32,000 nt of DNA from Trichodesmium erythraeum IMS101 (GTDB taxonomy: Bacteria > Cyanobacteriota > Cyanobacteriia > Cyanobacteriales > Microcoleaceae), in assembly GCF_000014265.1 (NCBI RefSeq), contig NC_008312.1, forward strand, positions 6,840,001-6,872,000. The letters are read 5' to 3'. Below are positions 1 to 9,680 of the stretch, one piece after another. Position 1 is the first letter of the stretch, and every line of letters starts with the position of its first letter. Under the pieces are notes generated by a model, which saw only the letters and a list, made by a program, of their open reading frames with translations, did not search any database and had not been told where the DNA came from. The position numbers and the translations under genes are program-made.

Positions 1-2421
1 TGTTGAGCCACTATCAATAACTACAATCTCAAACAACCACGGTGTGACTTGCTCCTTCACCCTTTCTATTACCTGTTTAAGCAACTCACCACCGTTCAAG
101 GTTGGTATAAAAACAGAAGCTTTTGGTTTAGAGGGTTTTGCCTTAACAACTATGGAATTTGGCTTTTTTTCAAGAAGCCTATTTTGAATAAAACCGTTTA
201 TCTTAGCTACTTCTTGTTCCCATGTAAACTGTTTTACCCATTCTGTTGCTAAATGTGCTTGTTCTTCACGGGGAGTTTTTGAGTCCATTAACTCTACAAT
301 AGCATCAGTGATATCCAGAGGAGCCGGACCGGCTAACCTTACTACCCCTGGGGGAAATACAACTTCCGTACTTTCACCAGCCAGTTCTATCACTGGTAAA
401 CCACAAGCCATCATCTCTTGAGGAACTAATGAATAATTAGTTGATGAAAATACAATACCAATGTCACTATCTTGGTAAAGTTCCCTTAGCTGTTGGGCAG
501 TTAAAATTCCATGAGACTTAAACTGAAAAGGTGCACGATCAAAATTAGTATTCCCCCCAAAGAAATGCACTTCAAAATCTTCTCTATAAGTTGCTAACTT
601 TTCTAATGCCAGCAACCCCAATTCAACAGCTCTTCTCTCTGTGCCACGACGATAATAAAAGGCAATTTTGACAACATCATTAACTTTTTCATCTGTTTGA
701 GGAAAATAAACCGAAGTATCCACTGCTAGCCAAAACTTACAAGCCCAAGAACCGTATTTTTCAGACATTATTTTTTCTAGCCACGGCCCTGCACAAATGC
801 AATCTAGTTTATAACTATAAGTCAAATCAGCCAAAAGTGCTTTTGTTCCTTGGGGAGAAAAGAACCGCTCGTAGTCTTGAACAAAGTAAAATCTGTTGTG
901 GAAATTAGGATTGGAGACAGCAAACTGGACCGAACCCCAATCTGTGGCAATAATAACATCTCCTGCTGCACTCTCAAACTCTTCCCTGCCGATAATAAAC
1001 TTGACTTCTACCTGTAAAGTTTGAAAATACTTTAATATAGTCTCTAATGCCTCTGTTTCAAACTTATGAACAACTGGTTGGTATATCCAGAGAGTATTGT
1101 GATGACCGAGTTGACCTAGTAATTTGATAAATCGGAATATTGTCATGTGTCCCCCAGCACCGGGAGAAAAGTCACAAGTCACCCAATGTAGATTAAGACA
1201 ATTTAAGTCGAAATTGTGGGAGGCGGATAGTTCTGTGTATGAGTAGTCTATAAAAGCTCGCTTATCAGCTTCGTGTACTAACCGAACAAACCGATCTGTA
1301 TTATTTATTGTCCCTATCTCTGACTTGGAAAGTGCACTTGCCACACTTTTTGCTTTTGGCAAATTAGCCATGTCAGGATTTAGTTCTGTCGCCTTTTGAT
1401 AAGCTTCTTCAGCCTCCCCATCTTCCTCCAACTGCCATAAAACATCTCCCAACTGCTGCCAAACTATAGCCGACCTAGGATATAACTCCACAGCTTGACG
1501 CAGCTCAATCACAGCCTCCTCCCAATGCTCCAATTGCATCAAAGCATACCCAAGCTGGTGCCGAACTGGTGCGAACTTAGGATCAACCTCTACCACCAAA
1601 CGATACTCAACAATAGCCTCCTCCCATTTTTTTAACTGTAGGAAAGCATACCCCAGAGAATGGCGCACCTCCGCCCCATCAAAACCAAAATCTATCCCTC
1701 GTCGATACTCAACAACAGCCTCCTCCCATTGTTTTAACTGTCCCAAAGCCTTCCCTAAACCAAAGTACACCTCACCAGACTCCCCAGAGAAAGCTACAGC
1801 TTGACGATATAAAGCCACCGCTTCACTCCATCTTCCTAACTTACCTAAAGCTACTGCCCAACTGATACAGCAGTTAACCCGATATGGATAAATTTCCCAA
1901 CTCTGAGAATATAACTTTATTGCATCAGACCATTGCTCTTGACCAGACTTAGCTTCTGCCAAATAAAAATAACCCTCTGCCTGTAGAGCTCTTTCATATA
2001 ACGTTCCTACTTTTTCATCCAACACCCTCAATGCCTGATGAATACATTCAACTGCTTCAGACCATTGCCTCAACTTCACCAAGGCAGCTCCCAAACCTAG
2101 ATAAAACTCAGGCACATTTTTGTTTAAATCGATCGCCCGACGTAAGTAACCCACAGCTTCCTGAAACTGGCCTTGCCGACTCAATGTTATCCCCAATTTG
2201 TATAGAAAACAGTGGGATTGCGGATCTATGGCCACAGCCTGACGAAAAGAAGCGATCGCTTCTTCTATCCGCCCAGTTTTCTCAAGAGCTTCCCCTAAAT
2301 TTTGGTAAGACCAGGTAAACTGGGGATTTTCTTCTATGGCTTTTTGATAATAAGCGATCGCCGACTCGAATTTTCCCTCCCGTAAGAGTTTGTTTCCTTT
2401 AGCAAAAGAAGTAAGAAGCAT
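1..2421 (-). CDS. TPR-repeat + glycosyltransferase multidomain protein (N-terminus in window, C-terminus runs off the left edge)
   Basis: Absent from the ORF track because it has no stop in the window. My reverse-strand translation from ATG (2421..2419) is open for all 807 codons down to position 1: MLLTSFAKGNKLLREGKFESAIAYYQKAIEENPQF.... It shows about 8-9 TPR-like 34-aa units (W..A...Y..A....P pattern). A GT1/GT4-like part follows (FSPGAGGHMTIFRF; VFSSTNYSLVPQEMMACGLPVIEL), then the start of a GT2-like part (ASVFIPTLNGGELL...VVIDSGS). Two HIP1 sites lie inside. Confidence 0.8.
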   Translation of the reverse strand, partial: MLLTSFAKGNKLLREGKFESAIAYYQKAIEENPQFTWSYQNLGEALEKTGRIEEAIASFRQAVAIDPQSHCFLYKLGITLSRQGQFQEAVGYLRRAIDLNKNVPEFYLGLGAALVKLRQWSEAVECIHQALRVLDEKVGTLYERALQAEGYFYLAEAKSGQEQWSDAIKLYSQSWEIYPYRVNCCISWAVALGKLGRWSEAVALYRQAVAFSGESGEVYFGLGKALGQLKQWEEAVVEYRRGIDFGFDGAEVRHSLGYAFLQLKKWEEAIVEYRLVVEVDPKFAPVRHQLGYALMQLEHWEEAVIELRQAVELYPRSAIVWQQLGDVLWQLEEDGEAEEAYQKATELNPDMANLPKAKSVASALSKSEIGTINNTDRFVRLVHEADKRAFIDYSYTELSASHNFDLNCLNLHWVTCDFSPGAGGHMTIFRFIKLLGQLGHHNTLWIYQPVVHKFETEALETILKYFQTLQVEVKFIIGREEFESAAGDVIIATDWGSVQFAVSNPNFHNRFYFVQDYERFFSPQGTKALLADLTYSYKLDCICAGPWLEKIMSEKYGSWACKFWLAVDTSVYFPQTDEKVNDVVKIAFYYRRGTERRAVELGLLALEKLATYREDFEVHFFGGNTNFDRAPFQFKSHGILTAQQLRELYQDSDIGIVFSSTNYSLVPQEMMACGLPVIELAGESTEVVFPPGVVRLAGPAPLDITDAIVELMDSKTPREEQAHLATEWVKQFTWEQEVAKINGFIQNRLLEKKPNSIVVKAKPSKPKASVFIPTLNGGELLKQVIERVKEQVTPWLFEIVVIDSGST

Positions 2422-2602
2422 ATTGATTTTAAATTTGCTATTTTAGATATAGACTTTAACTTCAAAATTCAATTTATCTGTAAATATTTTAAAATTTTTA
2501 AACAATTAATTATTTATATATTTAGAATACACCAAATTATCATAAAACCCAATCATGTCTGAGCTTCCTAAAACACGTTATTCAAAATTAATAGCTTATC
2601 TA

Positions 2603-2623
2603 GGCTTTGTTGCATGAAAGTAG
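2603..2623. repeat. IS terminal inverted repeat (left end)
   Basis: GGCTTTGTTGCATGAAAGTAG; pairs with 3663-3683 (17/21). Confidence 0.75.
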
Positions 2624-2682
2624 TGATCGCCAAAAACTTCCTGATGGAAGTTAACTAGATTTTCACTTTGTGACTTTTGGGT

Positions 2683-3609
2683 TTACCTGTTTGAATCATA
2701 CGGTTCAGCATGGCACATTGTATGAACAACTCTACTGCTTGGGCTTTCGAATTTTCCTCGTCGTAACTGACCTCCAAAGCTCACTTTGAGTCTAAACATT
2801 GTGGTTTCTGATAGAGAACGCCGATGGTAACCACTTTCATGCTTCCATTTTTGGCGTCCTACCTTTCTGATTCTTCTGAGGTTTTCATCTCTGGGATGAG
2901 GTGGGCATTTGCAGTTGCCGTGTTGACCTATTACTGCATTTTTCCTGGGTGGAATTGTTACTTTTGCTCCTAGTTGGTTAGCTTTCTGGTAACATTTATA
3001 CTTGTCATAGGCTCCATCTCCTGATACTTGGGCTATTTCCCCATCTACTCCATTTCTCAAGTTCAGAAAATGCTTGTGAATCACTGACATCATTGGTAGT
3101 CACTACTCCACTGACAATCTCTCCTTTAGCCTCATTTACTCCTAGGTGTAATTTACCCCATGTACGCCGTTTACTGACACCATGAACTTTTGTTTTCCAT
3201 TCACCTTCTCCGTAAACTTTCACCCCTGTAGAGTCTACTACTGTACGGAATAGTTTCATTAGTTGGTATAACTGGCAGTTGGATATTCAGTTTGAGCAAG
3301 GGACGGGATACAGTGCTATGGTCTGGTACTGGTAAATCTAAGTCCATCAATTGAAATATAGATTCGACAAAACCTTCAGTCTGTCGTCCGGCCAGACCAA
3401 ACAATGATTGTATAGTGACCATAAATTCAATGGCCGTATTGCTATAGGTATTTGATGCCCCCCTACGTCCAGTTTTTTGTTGATTTACCCACTGCTCTAT
3501 GACTTCATCATTCAACCAAAATGTGAGGCTCCCTCTCTGTCTTAGGGACGCATCAGACCTACGACCAGTTGCTGAAGAGGTACTTATACTTGGACTTGGA
3601 CTTACTCAT
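2683..3609 (-). pseudogene. IS903-like DDE transposase, interrupted by frameshifts and in-frame stops
   Basis: The transposase is split over at least four frame segments: MSKSKSKYKYLFSNWS* (3609..3562), then ..ASLRQRGSLTFWLNDEVIEQW.. (ORF 3201..3515), ORF 3005..3259 (first DDE Asp, DSTG), and ORF 2683..3093 (DGAYD and ..SETTMFRLK). Confidence 0.8.
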
Positions 3610-3662
3610 CTCTACCCTTACTATAGGTTTCTTGTGCCACACGCTTATTGTTACCATATTTT

Positions 3663-3683
3663 CTATCTTTATACAACAAAGCC
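3663..3683. repeat. IS terminal inverted repeat (right end)
   Basis: + strand CTATCTTTATACAACAAAGCC, the reverse complement of GGCTTTGTTGTATAAAGATAG. Confidence 0.75.
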
Positions 3684-4792
3684 CCGAGGAATTGCAAGTT
3701 ACCACAGGAATTGAACACTTTTGTCCAGAAGTAGATAATTTAAAATATTTTCGCAGCAAGAACGCCGCTTTTGCCCAATATTTTGCAGATATGGAAGGTT
3801 TCGATCTAGTCCGAACGACTTGTATTTATATGAGAAGAGAGACTTCAGATATTTCAGTTTGGTACAACAACGAACTCATTCATCAATGTTCTGTTTTATT
3901 CGCTGGTCGTCATTTGTTATCAGATTTCTTAGAATTAAATCCCAATTTTTTTTCCCAACTATTCGAGCAGAATTTGAGAGACTGGAATCAATTAACAGAA
4001 GACAAATTCAGGGCAACGCTGGATGTATTTTTACGTCGAAAAAGCCAAAATTGGCTGAAAAATAAAAGAGACTTTGCCGAGGATGATCCTAAGTTCCAAG
4101 GCTTTATCCGCCTGATGGCAATTGGCATAGGGGGATTATACTACTATGTGGGAACAACATTGGGAGTGCTAGAACAGAAAGGAAAATACCAGAGTCGCGA
4201 AATTACTCCTGTTTATATTGGCGGAAATGGTTCTCAAGTGTTAAATTGGTTGGTTGAAGGGGGTAGGCTTCTTGCTGATTCAGAAATTAGCGATCTCCTG
4301 AGTCAGATGTTGAATAAAGGGTCTGGATTTAACGATCGCATATTGGAAAAAACGCGATTAAGTCAGAGACCAGAAGACGAGGTAGCTTGCGGTTTAGTAT
4401 TGGATCGTGCTAAACTAACAGGATGGAATAAAAAGACTAAAGAACCGTTGATAGAATGGATAGAAACCTTGAAGTTTGAGGGGAATATTCGGAAATTAAA
4501 AATTCCTGATTTAGTACCGTTAAGAACATTTCTAGATTATTTTCATGTATCTTTAAAGGAGTTAGAGATAGAGGAAATTCTCCCGCTACAGAATTACGAA
4601 CTGGGAGACGAACCAGGGGCAGAACCAGAATCTACTTATAACCAGACTCTCTGGCGAAATACCCAGATGGAGTTGACAAACATTTCATTGAAGATGAAGA
4701 GAGAAACTAATGACATTCTCCTAGAACCGCCCTTTATTATGGGACTGAAAGCTCTGTTAAAAGTTTTAGCTAAGGAGTGGGCAGATAAATAA
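3684..4792 (+). pseudogene. Probable 5'-truncated gene (uncharacterised; possible actin/Hsp70-like ASKHA C-terminal half) fused in frame to IS sequence
   Basis: ORF 3569..4792 starts at an ATG inside the IS. Its first 38 codons are IS-derived and the reading frame crosses the right IR at 3683. The native part begins ..PEELQVTTGIEHFCPE... The motifs ..TSDISVW.. and ..VYIGGNGSQVLNWL.. loosely resemble the phosphate-2 and adenosine motifs of actin-like ATPases, and no N-terminal half is present. Alternatively the native start is the internal ATG at 3791 (MEGFDL). Confidence 0.5.
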
Positions 4793-4979
4793 TCGTTTTT
4801 GGTTAGGAGTCTGGAGAAATTCCGCGTATGGTCTAATTTTCCCATTTGACTAACTACGTTAAATTATATCATTTTTTCAGCTTTTGCATTGAATTCAACA
4901 ACCGTAAACCTATAGCTCAGGGGTGGGGAGTTGAATGCTCCCACTATCTAATAATTAATTTAATTTTGACAGTCCTAAA

Positions 4980-5864
4980 TTAGTTAGGCTTTTCTCCAAC
5001 ACGAGTCCAACTAGAATGGGCAAACTGATGCACCTTAATGTTAACAAAGCCTGCTTCTTGCAGTAACTTATCTGGGTCAAGTTTTAGCCATTGCTCTTTA
5101 TAGGGTTCAAAAAAGCCTCTGTATGAGTGTAATTCCCCAGTCAGCGCATCTGTTACAACTAACCGACCACCTGGAGAAATAATTCGCCAGCATTCTGCTA
5201 AGATGACTTGCTTAACTTCGTCAGGGCATTCATGGAGAAGATAAGTAATATTGACGGCATCAACTGAATTATCTGGCAGTTCTGTTTTTTCCACTAAGCC
5301 GTGTTTCCAATGTAGATTGGGAATATCCTGGTGGTACAGGCGACCAACTATAATCATAAATGGAGAAGCATCCCATGCGGTAACTGTAGCAGAAGGGATA
5401 TAACGAGCAATAGCTGCTGCATCATCTCCAATACCTGCTCCCAAGTCTAAAATATAGCGAGCATCTTGGGGAAATAATTGGGCAATTTCGTCTCTGACTC
5501 CCAGTGATTTCCGTGGGTGGGCATTTTCTAATATGGCTTCCATTGCTATTCTATTGCCAACTGCGGCAGTTTCTGACAAGTATCCGCCCAGAACACTATG
5601 AAAAGGCTGAAGATAGTATTGAGGGTATTGAATTGTTTCAAAAGTAGATAATTCTGATTCCCAATCAATTTCGGCCAAATTTGGTGCTTCCTGAAACGGT
5701 ATCCTTGTCATCACTCGCATCATGGCATCCTTAGGTGCACGAGAGTATAATTCATTTTGAATCTGTTTTCTCTGTCTATCTAAGTCTAGAGTTTTCCAAC
5801 GAGGGTCAGGTTGTGATGCCAAATTGCTGAGAATTTGATCGACACTAGTTGCTGCAATTTCCAT
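4980..5864 (-). CDS. Class I SAM-dependent methyltransferase
   Basis: 294-aa ORF with SAM-binding motif I ILDLGAGIGDDAAAIA, followed by ..VTAWDASP.. and ..VDAVNITYLLHE.. (motifs II/III pattern). Confidence 0.8.
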   Translation of the reverse strand: MEIAATSVDQILSNLASQPDPRWKTLDLDRQRKQIQNELYSRAPKDAMMRVMTRIPFQEAPNLAEIDWESELSTFETIQYPQYYLQPFHSVLGGYLSETAAVGNRIAMEAILENAHPRKSLGVRDEIAQLFPQDARYILDLGAGIGDDAAAIARYIPSATVTAWDASPFMIIVGRLYHQDIPNLHWKHGLVEKTELPDNSVDAVNITYLLHECPDEVKQVILAECWRIISPGGRLVVTDALTGELHSYRGFFEPYKEQWLKLDPDKLLQEAGFVNIKVHQFAHSSWTRVGEKPN

Positions 5865-5871
5865 AGTTTTG

Positions 5872-5896
5872 TTCCTTTGAAAATTTCCTTTGAAAA
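5872..5896. repeat. 12-bp direct repeat TTCCTTTGAAAA x2 (13-bp period) in the methyltransferase 5' leader
   Basis: On the coding (minus) strand it reads ttttcaaaggaa a ttttcaaaggaa caaaact ATG, so an AAGGAA Shine-Dalgarno-like element is duplicated. Confidence 0.9.
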
Positions 5897-6112
5897 GTTT
5901 TTGAGCTGAACCTTTATTATTGTAAATGAGACTTACGCAAACACACTAATTATAATGCAAATAAATGTAAATATCTGAAATTACAACCAAAAATACATCA
6001 GATATAGAGGTACTGCGTAAGTCCTGGCAAATACTTGTAGTGAAGCTTTCCTAAAGTATTCTGCCAATTTCAATTATTAGTCATCAGTTTTCGAGTTCAT
6101 ATGTTAACTGCT

Positions 6113-7903
6113 TTAACGTTTGACCAGTTTTTTACTCATCTTCCGCAACCGAATTGACTCTGGTGTGATCTCAACCAACTCATCCGGCCCAATATATTCC
6201 AACGCCCGCTCCAAGCTCATTTCCACAGGAGCTTGTAACTGCACTAACTCATCCCCAGTTGCAGAACGATGATTAGTCAACTGCTTAGTTTTACAAACAT
6301 TCAAATCCAAATCTTGAGGGCGGTTATGCTCTCCCACAATCATACCTTTATAAACCTTTGTACCAGGGGTAATGAAAAATACTCCACGGTCTTCAGCATT
6401 TTTCAAGGCATAAAAAGTCGCCACACCTTCCTCAAATACAATAATTACTCCATTGCGTCGAGCTTCAATGTCACCAATTAAAGGACGATAATCTAAAAAA
6501 CTGTGATTCATAATGCCTTCCCCACGGGTAAGACGCATAAACTCACCCCGGAAACCAATCAAACCACGAGCAGGAACAGAAAAATCTAACTGAGTTCGAC
6601 CATTTGTACTCACCTGCATATTCTGCATTTCCCCTTTGCGCTGACCTATTCTTTCGATGCAACCACCGACAGCATCTTCGGGAACATCCATCACTAATAG
6701 TTCAAATGGTTCGCATGGCTGACCATTTATTTCCCGGTAAATAACTTGAGGTTGAGAAACTTGAAACTCATAACCTTCTCGGCGCATAGTTTCAATCAAA
6801 ATACCCAAGTGCAATTCCCCACGACCTGAAACAGAGAACTTCTCTGGAGAGTCAGTTTCTTCTACTCGTAATGCCACATTAGTTTCTAACTCTCGCATCA
6901 GGCGATCGCGTACTTGCCGAGAAGTTACAAATTTTCCTTCCTTACCAGCAAATGGAGAATCATTTACAGAGAAAGTCATTTGTAAAGTCGGTTCATCTAC
7001 TTTGATCAGAGGTAGAGCTTGAGGTTCGTTAGGACAAGTAATAGTTTCACCAATATTAGCATCACTAAAACCAGCAACTGCCACAATACTACCAGCAGCA
7101 GCTTCTTGTACGTCAATGCGTGCCAAACCTTGGAATCCCATTAATTTTGAGATTTTTGACTTAACAATTGTACCATCTTCTTTGACAATAGCAGCTAGTT
7201 GCCCAGATTTAATCACACCATTGTGGATACGACCTACCACTATTCTGCCCAAATATTCTGAATAGTCCAGAGTAGTCACCTGTAACTGGAGAGATTTTTC
7301 AGGGTCTCCCACTGGAGGGGGCACATGGTCTAAAATAGCATCGAATAAACACTGCATATCCTGTGATTCCGTTTCCAGGTCTTTTTTCGCGTAACCTCCC
7401 AAACCAGAGGCAAATAGATAAGGAAAGTCACATTGGTCATCATCTGCACCTAGTTCAATAAATAGGTCAAGAACTTTGTCAACAGCCCTGTGGGGATTAA
7501 CTCGGGGACGGTCGATTTTATTAACAATAACAATGGGCCGTAAACCTTTTTCTAGAGCTTTTTTGAGCACGAAGCGAGTTTGTGGCATTGGGCCTTCATT
7601 GGCATCCACAATTAGTAAACAACCATCCACCATACCCAGAACTCGTTCTACTTCTCCTCCAAAGTCAGCGTGACCAGGAGTATCGACGATATTTATGAGA
7701 GTATCTTTGTATGTAACTGCGGTATTTTTAGAAAGAATTGTAATCCCACGTTCCCTTTCTAGGTCGTTGGAGTCCATGACACAATCAGGAACTTCTTCTC
7801 CTTCCCGGAAGATGCCAGATTGTTTGAGGAGCGAGTCTACTAGGGTAGTTTTGCCGTGGTCAACGTGGGCGATGATGGCTACGTTGCGAATAGGAAGAGA
7901 CAT
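6113..7903 (-). CDS. typA: Translational GTPase TypA/BipA
   Basis: 596 aa. N-terminus [19 protein letters not shown] (G1), [14 protein letters not shown] (G3), NKIDR (G4). Length and C-terminal domain are typical of TypA/BipA. Confidence 0.95.
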   Translation of the reverse strand: MSLPIRNVAIIAHVDHGKTTLVDSLLKQSGIFREGEEVPDCVMDSNDLERERGITILSKNTAVTYKDTLINIVDTPGHADFGGEVERVLGMVDGCLLIVDANEGPMPQTRFVLKKALEKGLRPIVIVNKIDRPRVNPHRAVDKVLDLFIELGADDDQCDFPYLFASGLGGYAKKDLETESQDMQCLFDAILDHVPPPVGDPEKSLQLQVTTLDYSEYLGRIVVGRIHNGVIKSGQLAAIVKEDGTIVKSKISKLMGFQGLARIDVQEAAAGSIVAVAGFSDANIGETITCPNEPQALPLIKVDEPTLQMTFSVNDSPFAGKEGKFVTSRQVRDRLMRELETNVALRVEETDSPEKFSVSGRGELHLGILIETMRREGYEFQVSQPQVIYREINGQPCEPFELLVMDVPEDAVGGCIERIGQRKGEMQNMQVSTNGRTQLDFSVPARGLIGFRGEFMRLTRGEGIMNHSFLDYRPLIGDIEARRNGVIIVFEEGVATFYALKNAEDRGVFFITPGTKVYKGMIVGEHNRPQDLDLNVCKTKQLTNHRSATGDELVQLQAPVEMSLERALEYIGPDELVEITPESIRLRKMSKKLVKR

Positions 7904-7997
7904 AAGAAGTTTTTATTACGGATATTGGTTTTAGATTTCTTTAATTATTGTAGTTGATCTAAAGCACTATGGTGCTATCCGTAAGTCATAAGTTCTT

Positions 7998-8014
7998 AGT
8001 CAGAAGTCAGAAGT
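7998..8014. repeat. STRR-type heptamer repeat AGTCAGA x2.4
   Basis: agtcaga agtcaga agt, upstream of typA (divergent region). Confidence 0.8.
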
Positions 8015-8660
8015 AATTCCTCAGAGAATTTAAGCATCTATAAATGTCCGCACCCTATTCCCGTAGTGCTATAATTTAAAAATTACTAAAATTCAAAATT
8101 AACATATTAAAAATTAGGAGCCAATTTTCTATTCTCTGACTTTGCCAATACCAGTTTAATAGGGAGTCATAGAGGTCAGAACTACCCTCGTATTCTGAGG
8201 TATTGTGAGTACAATAACATTTACTGAAAAAAATTCAGGCTGTTTGACCTTTTCTTGGACAAAACTCCACGCTCTACAGACTTTACCCACCCCTGGGGGT
8301 GATTTAGGGCAGGTTACCCAACCTCTGTGGATCTGTTTTTTTGTCTCTTAAGTCCCTGAAAAAGATTAATTAATATTTTTTAAAAATTAAGATATGCATT
8401 CCCAAAAACAACTGAAAAGCTCTCCATTTATAGGGGAAGTTTTAAACCCAATTTTTAGGTGAAAAATGGTAAATGTGATTCAGAATTAATTATAAAAGTA
8501 ATCACTTACACAAATTATTACCATCCTTCTTACATATAGTTTTAATTAGTAACTTTAACTAAATTGCCAACACAAATAAAATTTATCTTTAGGTTCGGTG
8601 ATTAGTTTAGTGTTGTATAATTCTTAATAGTAAATATTTTTTTCTCTTTTCCTATCCTAC

Positions 8661-8674
8661 TCCCAATTCCCAAT
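8661..8674. repeat. STRR-type heptamer repeat TCCCAAT x2
   Basis: tcccaat tcccaat, 17 bp upstream of the sufE ATG. Confidence 0.8.
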
Positions 8675-8690
8675 TTTTGATTTTTAATCT

Positions 8691-9113
8691 ATGTCTTTAC
8701 CATCTTCATTAGAACGTATTGTTAAAAAATTTAAACGGGCATCTTCCAATAAGTTACGTTATGAACAACTACTTTGGTATGCCAAAAAATTACCTGATTT
8801 TCCTGAGGATAAAAAGACACCAGAAAATAAAGTTTATGGTTGTCAATCTCAAGTATATATTACTGCTAACTTAACTGATGGAAAAGTTTATTATCAGGGG
8901 GATTCTGATGCTCAGTTAGTTAAGGGATTAGTCGCTTTATTAATTGAAGGTTTGAATCAATTAACACCTCAAGAAATCACTCAAATAACTCCAGATTTTA
9001 TTGAAGAAACAGGTTTAAAAGTAAGCTTGACTCCTTCTCGTGCTAATGGTTTTTACAATATTTTTCAACTGATGAAAAGTAAAGCTAATTTCTATTCAAA
9101 TTTAAGAGAGTAA
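8691..9113 (+). CDS. sufE: SufE-family cysteine desulfuration (sulfur acceptor) protein
   Basis: 140 aa. Has the signature around the active-site Cys (..VYGCQSQVYI..) and ..GDSDAQLVKGL.. typical of SufE/BolA-associated Fe-S metabolism domains. Confidence 0.8.
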   Translation: MSLPSSLERIVKKFKRASSNKLRYEQLLWYAKKLPDFPEDKKTPENKVYGCQSQVYITANLTDGKVYYQGDSDAQLVKGLVALLIEGLNQLTPQEITQITPDFIEETGLKVSLTPSRANGFYNIFQLMKSKANFYSNLRE

Positions 9114-9680
9114 TAAGTGAGCAGGAACTTTGTAGCTTAAGGTAACTAATTATTAGTAATTTGGGAAACAGGGAGTTTAAAAGAACAAAAACAACTGTAC
9201 TGAGGTACCTCAAGAAATCCTATATAATATGTTCACTAAAGCCAAAGCTGAAAAGTCTTGACCCTTGTTTATACTTATAGTGATTGAGACAAACTTAGGA
9301 TGTTAGGCCATTTTTTTATGGCCATAAGTTAAGTATGTTGAGGTGATTAAGGATCAAAGAATTTAAAGATGAAAACTGTAGCCTTTTTTTTGTAGAGAAA
9401 GTCCTAGCTTTTGAAAGATAAGTGAAAAGCCGAAAAAGCTATCATTTCACCTCAAACCAGGGAAAAATATCAAGGGACAATTCCAACTCCCACCTCCAAT
9501 TGCCTCTATATTATAGATACCTCCTATTCCTCCATACTACTCCCTACTGCCAGCAAATAATAATAGAGTCTTTTTTTTAAAAAACTAGACAATTAAATTT
9601 TAACGAGCTTAGAATAAAGTAGTTTGATTTAATTATCCAATCAGTTTTTAAAAAATACTATACTATATATTGTATTGTAA

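Larger units (their letters stand above)
2603..3683 (-). mobile_element. IS5-family, IS903-group insertion sequence, degenerate copy (1081 bp)
   Basis: Imperfect terminal inverted repeats GGCTTTGTTGCATGAAAGTAG (2603-2623) and GGCTTTGTTGTATAAAGATAG (reverse complement of 3663-3683), 17/21 identical. They start with the GGCTTTGTTG characteristic of IS903-type ends. The length is IS903-like. The internal DDE transposase fragments resemble IS903 transposase (DSTGVKVYGEGEWKTKVHG...; DGAYD; YHRRSLSETTMFRLK). Confidence 0.8.

Noticed and set aside
3499-4845. Small ORFs 3499..3714 (+), 3559..3759 (-), 3820..4065 (+) and 4636..4845 (-).
   Set aside because: 3559..3759 only contributes the decayed transposase N-terminus (its last 16 codons). 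The others overlap the IS or the 3569..4792 frame and have no support of their own.
4905-4950. tRNA-like fragment: tatagctcagggg... plus GGGAG-ttgaatg-CTCCC, a 5-bp stem with a 7-nt loop like a T-arm. This could be a tRNA remnant or att site.
   Set aside because: There is no anticodon arm or full acceptor stem, and the loop deviates from TTCRANY. It is more simply a hairpin in the convergent gap between two genes. I found no tRNA gene in the window.
6269-7934. + strand ORFs 6269..6481, 7476..7673 and 7695..7934, antisense to typA.
   Set aside because: They are shadow ORFs inside a confidently identified conserved gene.
9395-9475. agagaaagtcc resembles the RNase P RNA GAGGAAAGTCC box.
   Set aside because: It is not an exact match. 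The surrounding about 400 nt is AT-rich and lacks the other conserved RNase P helices.
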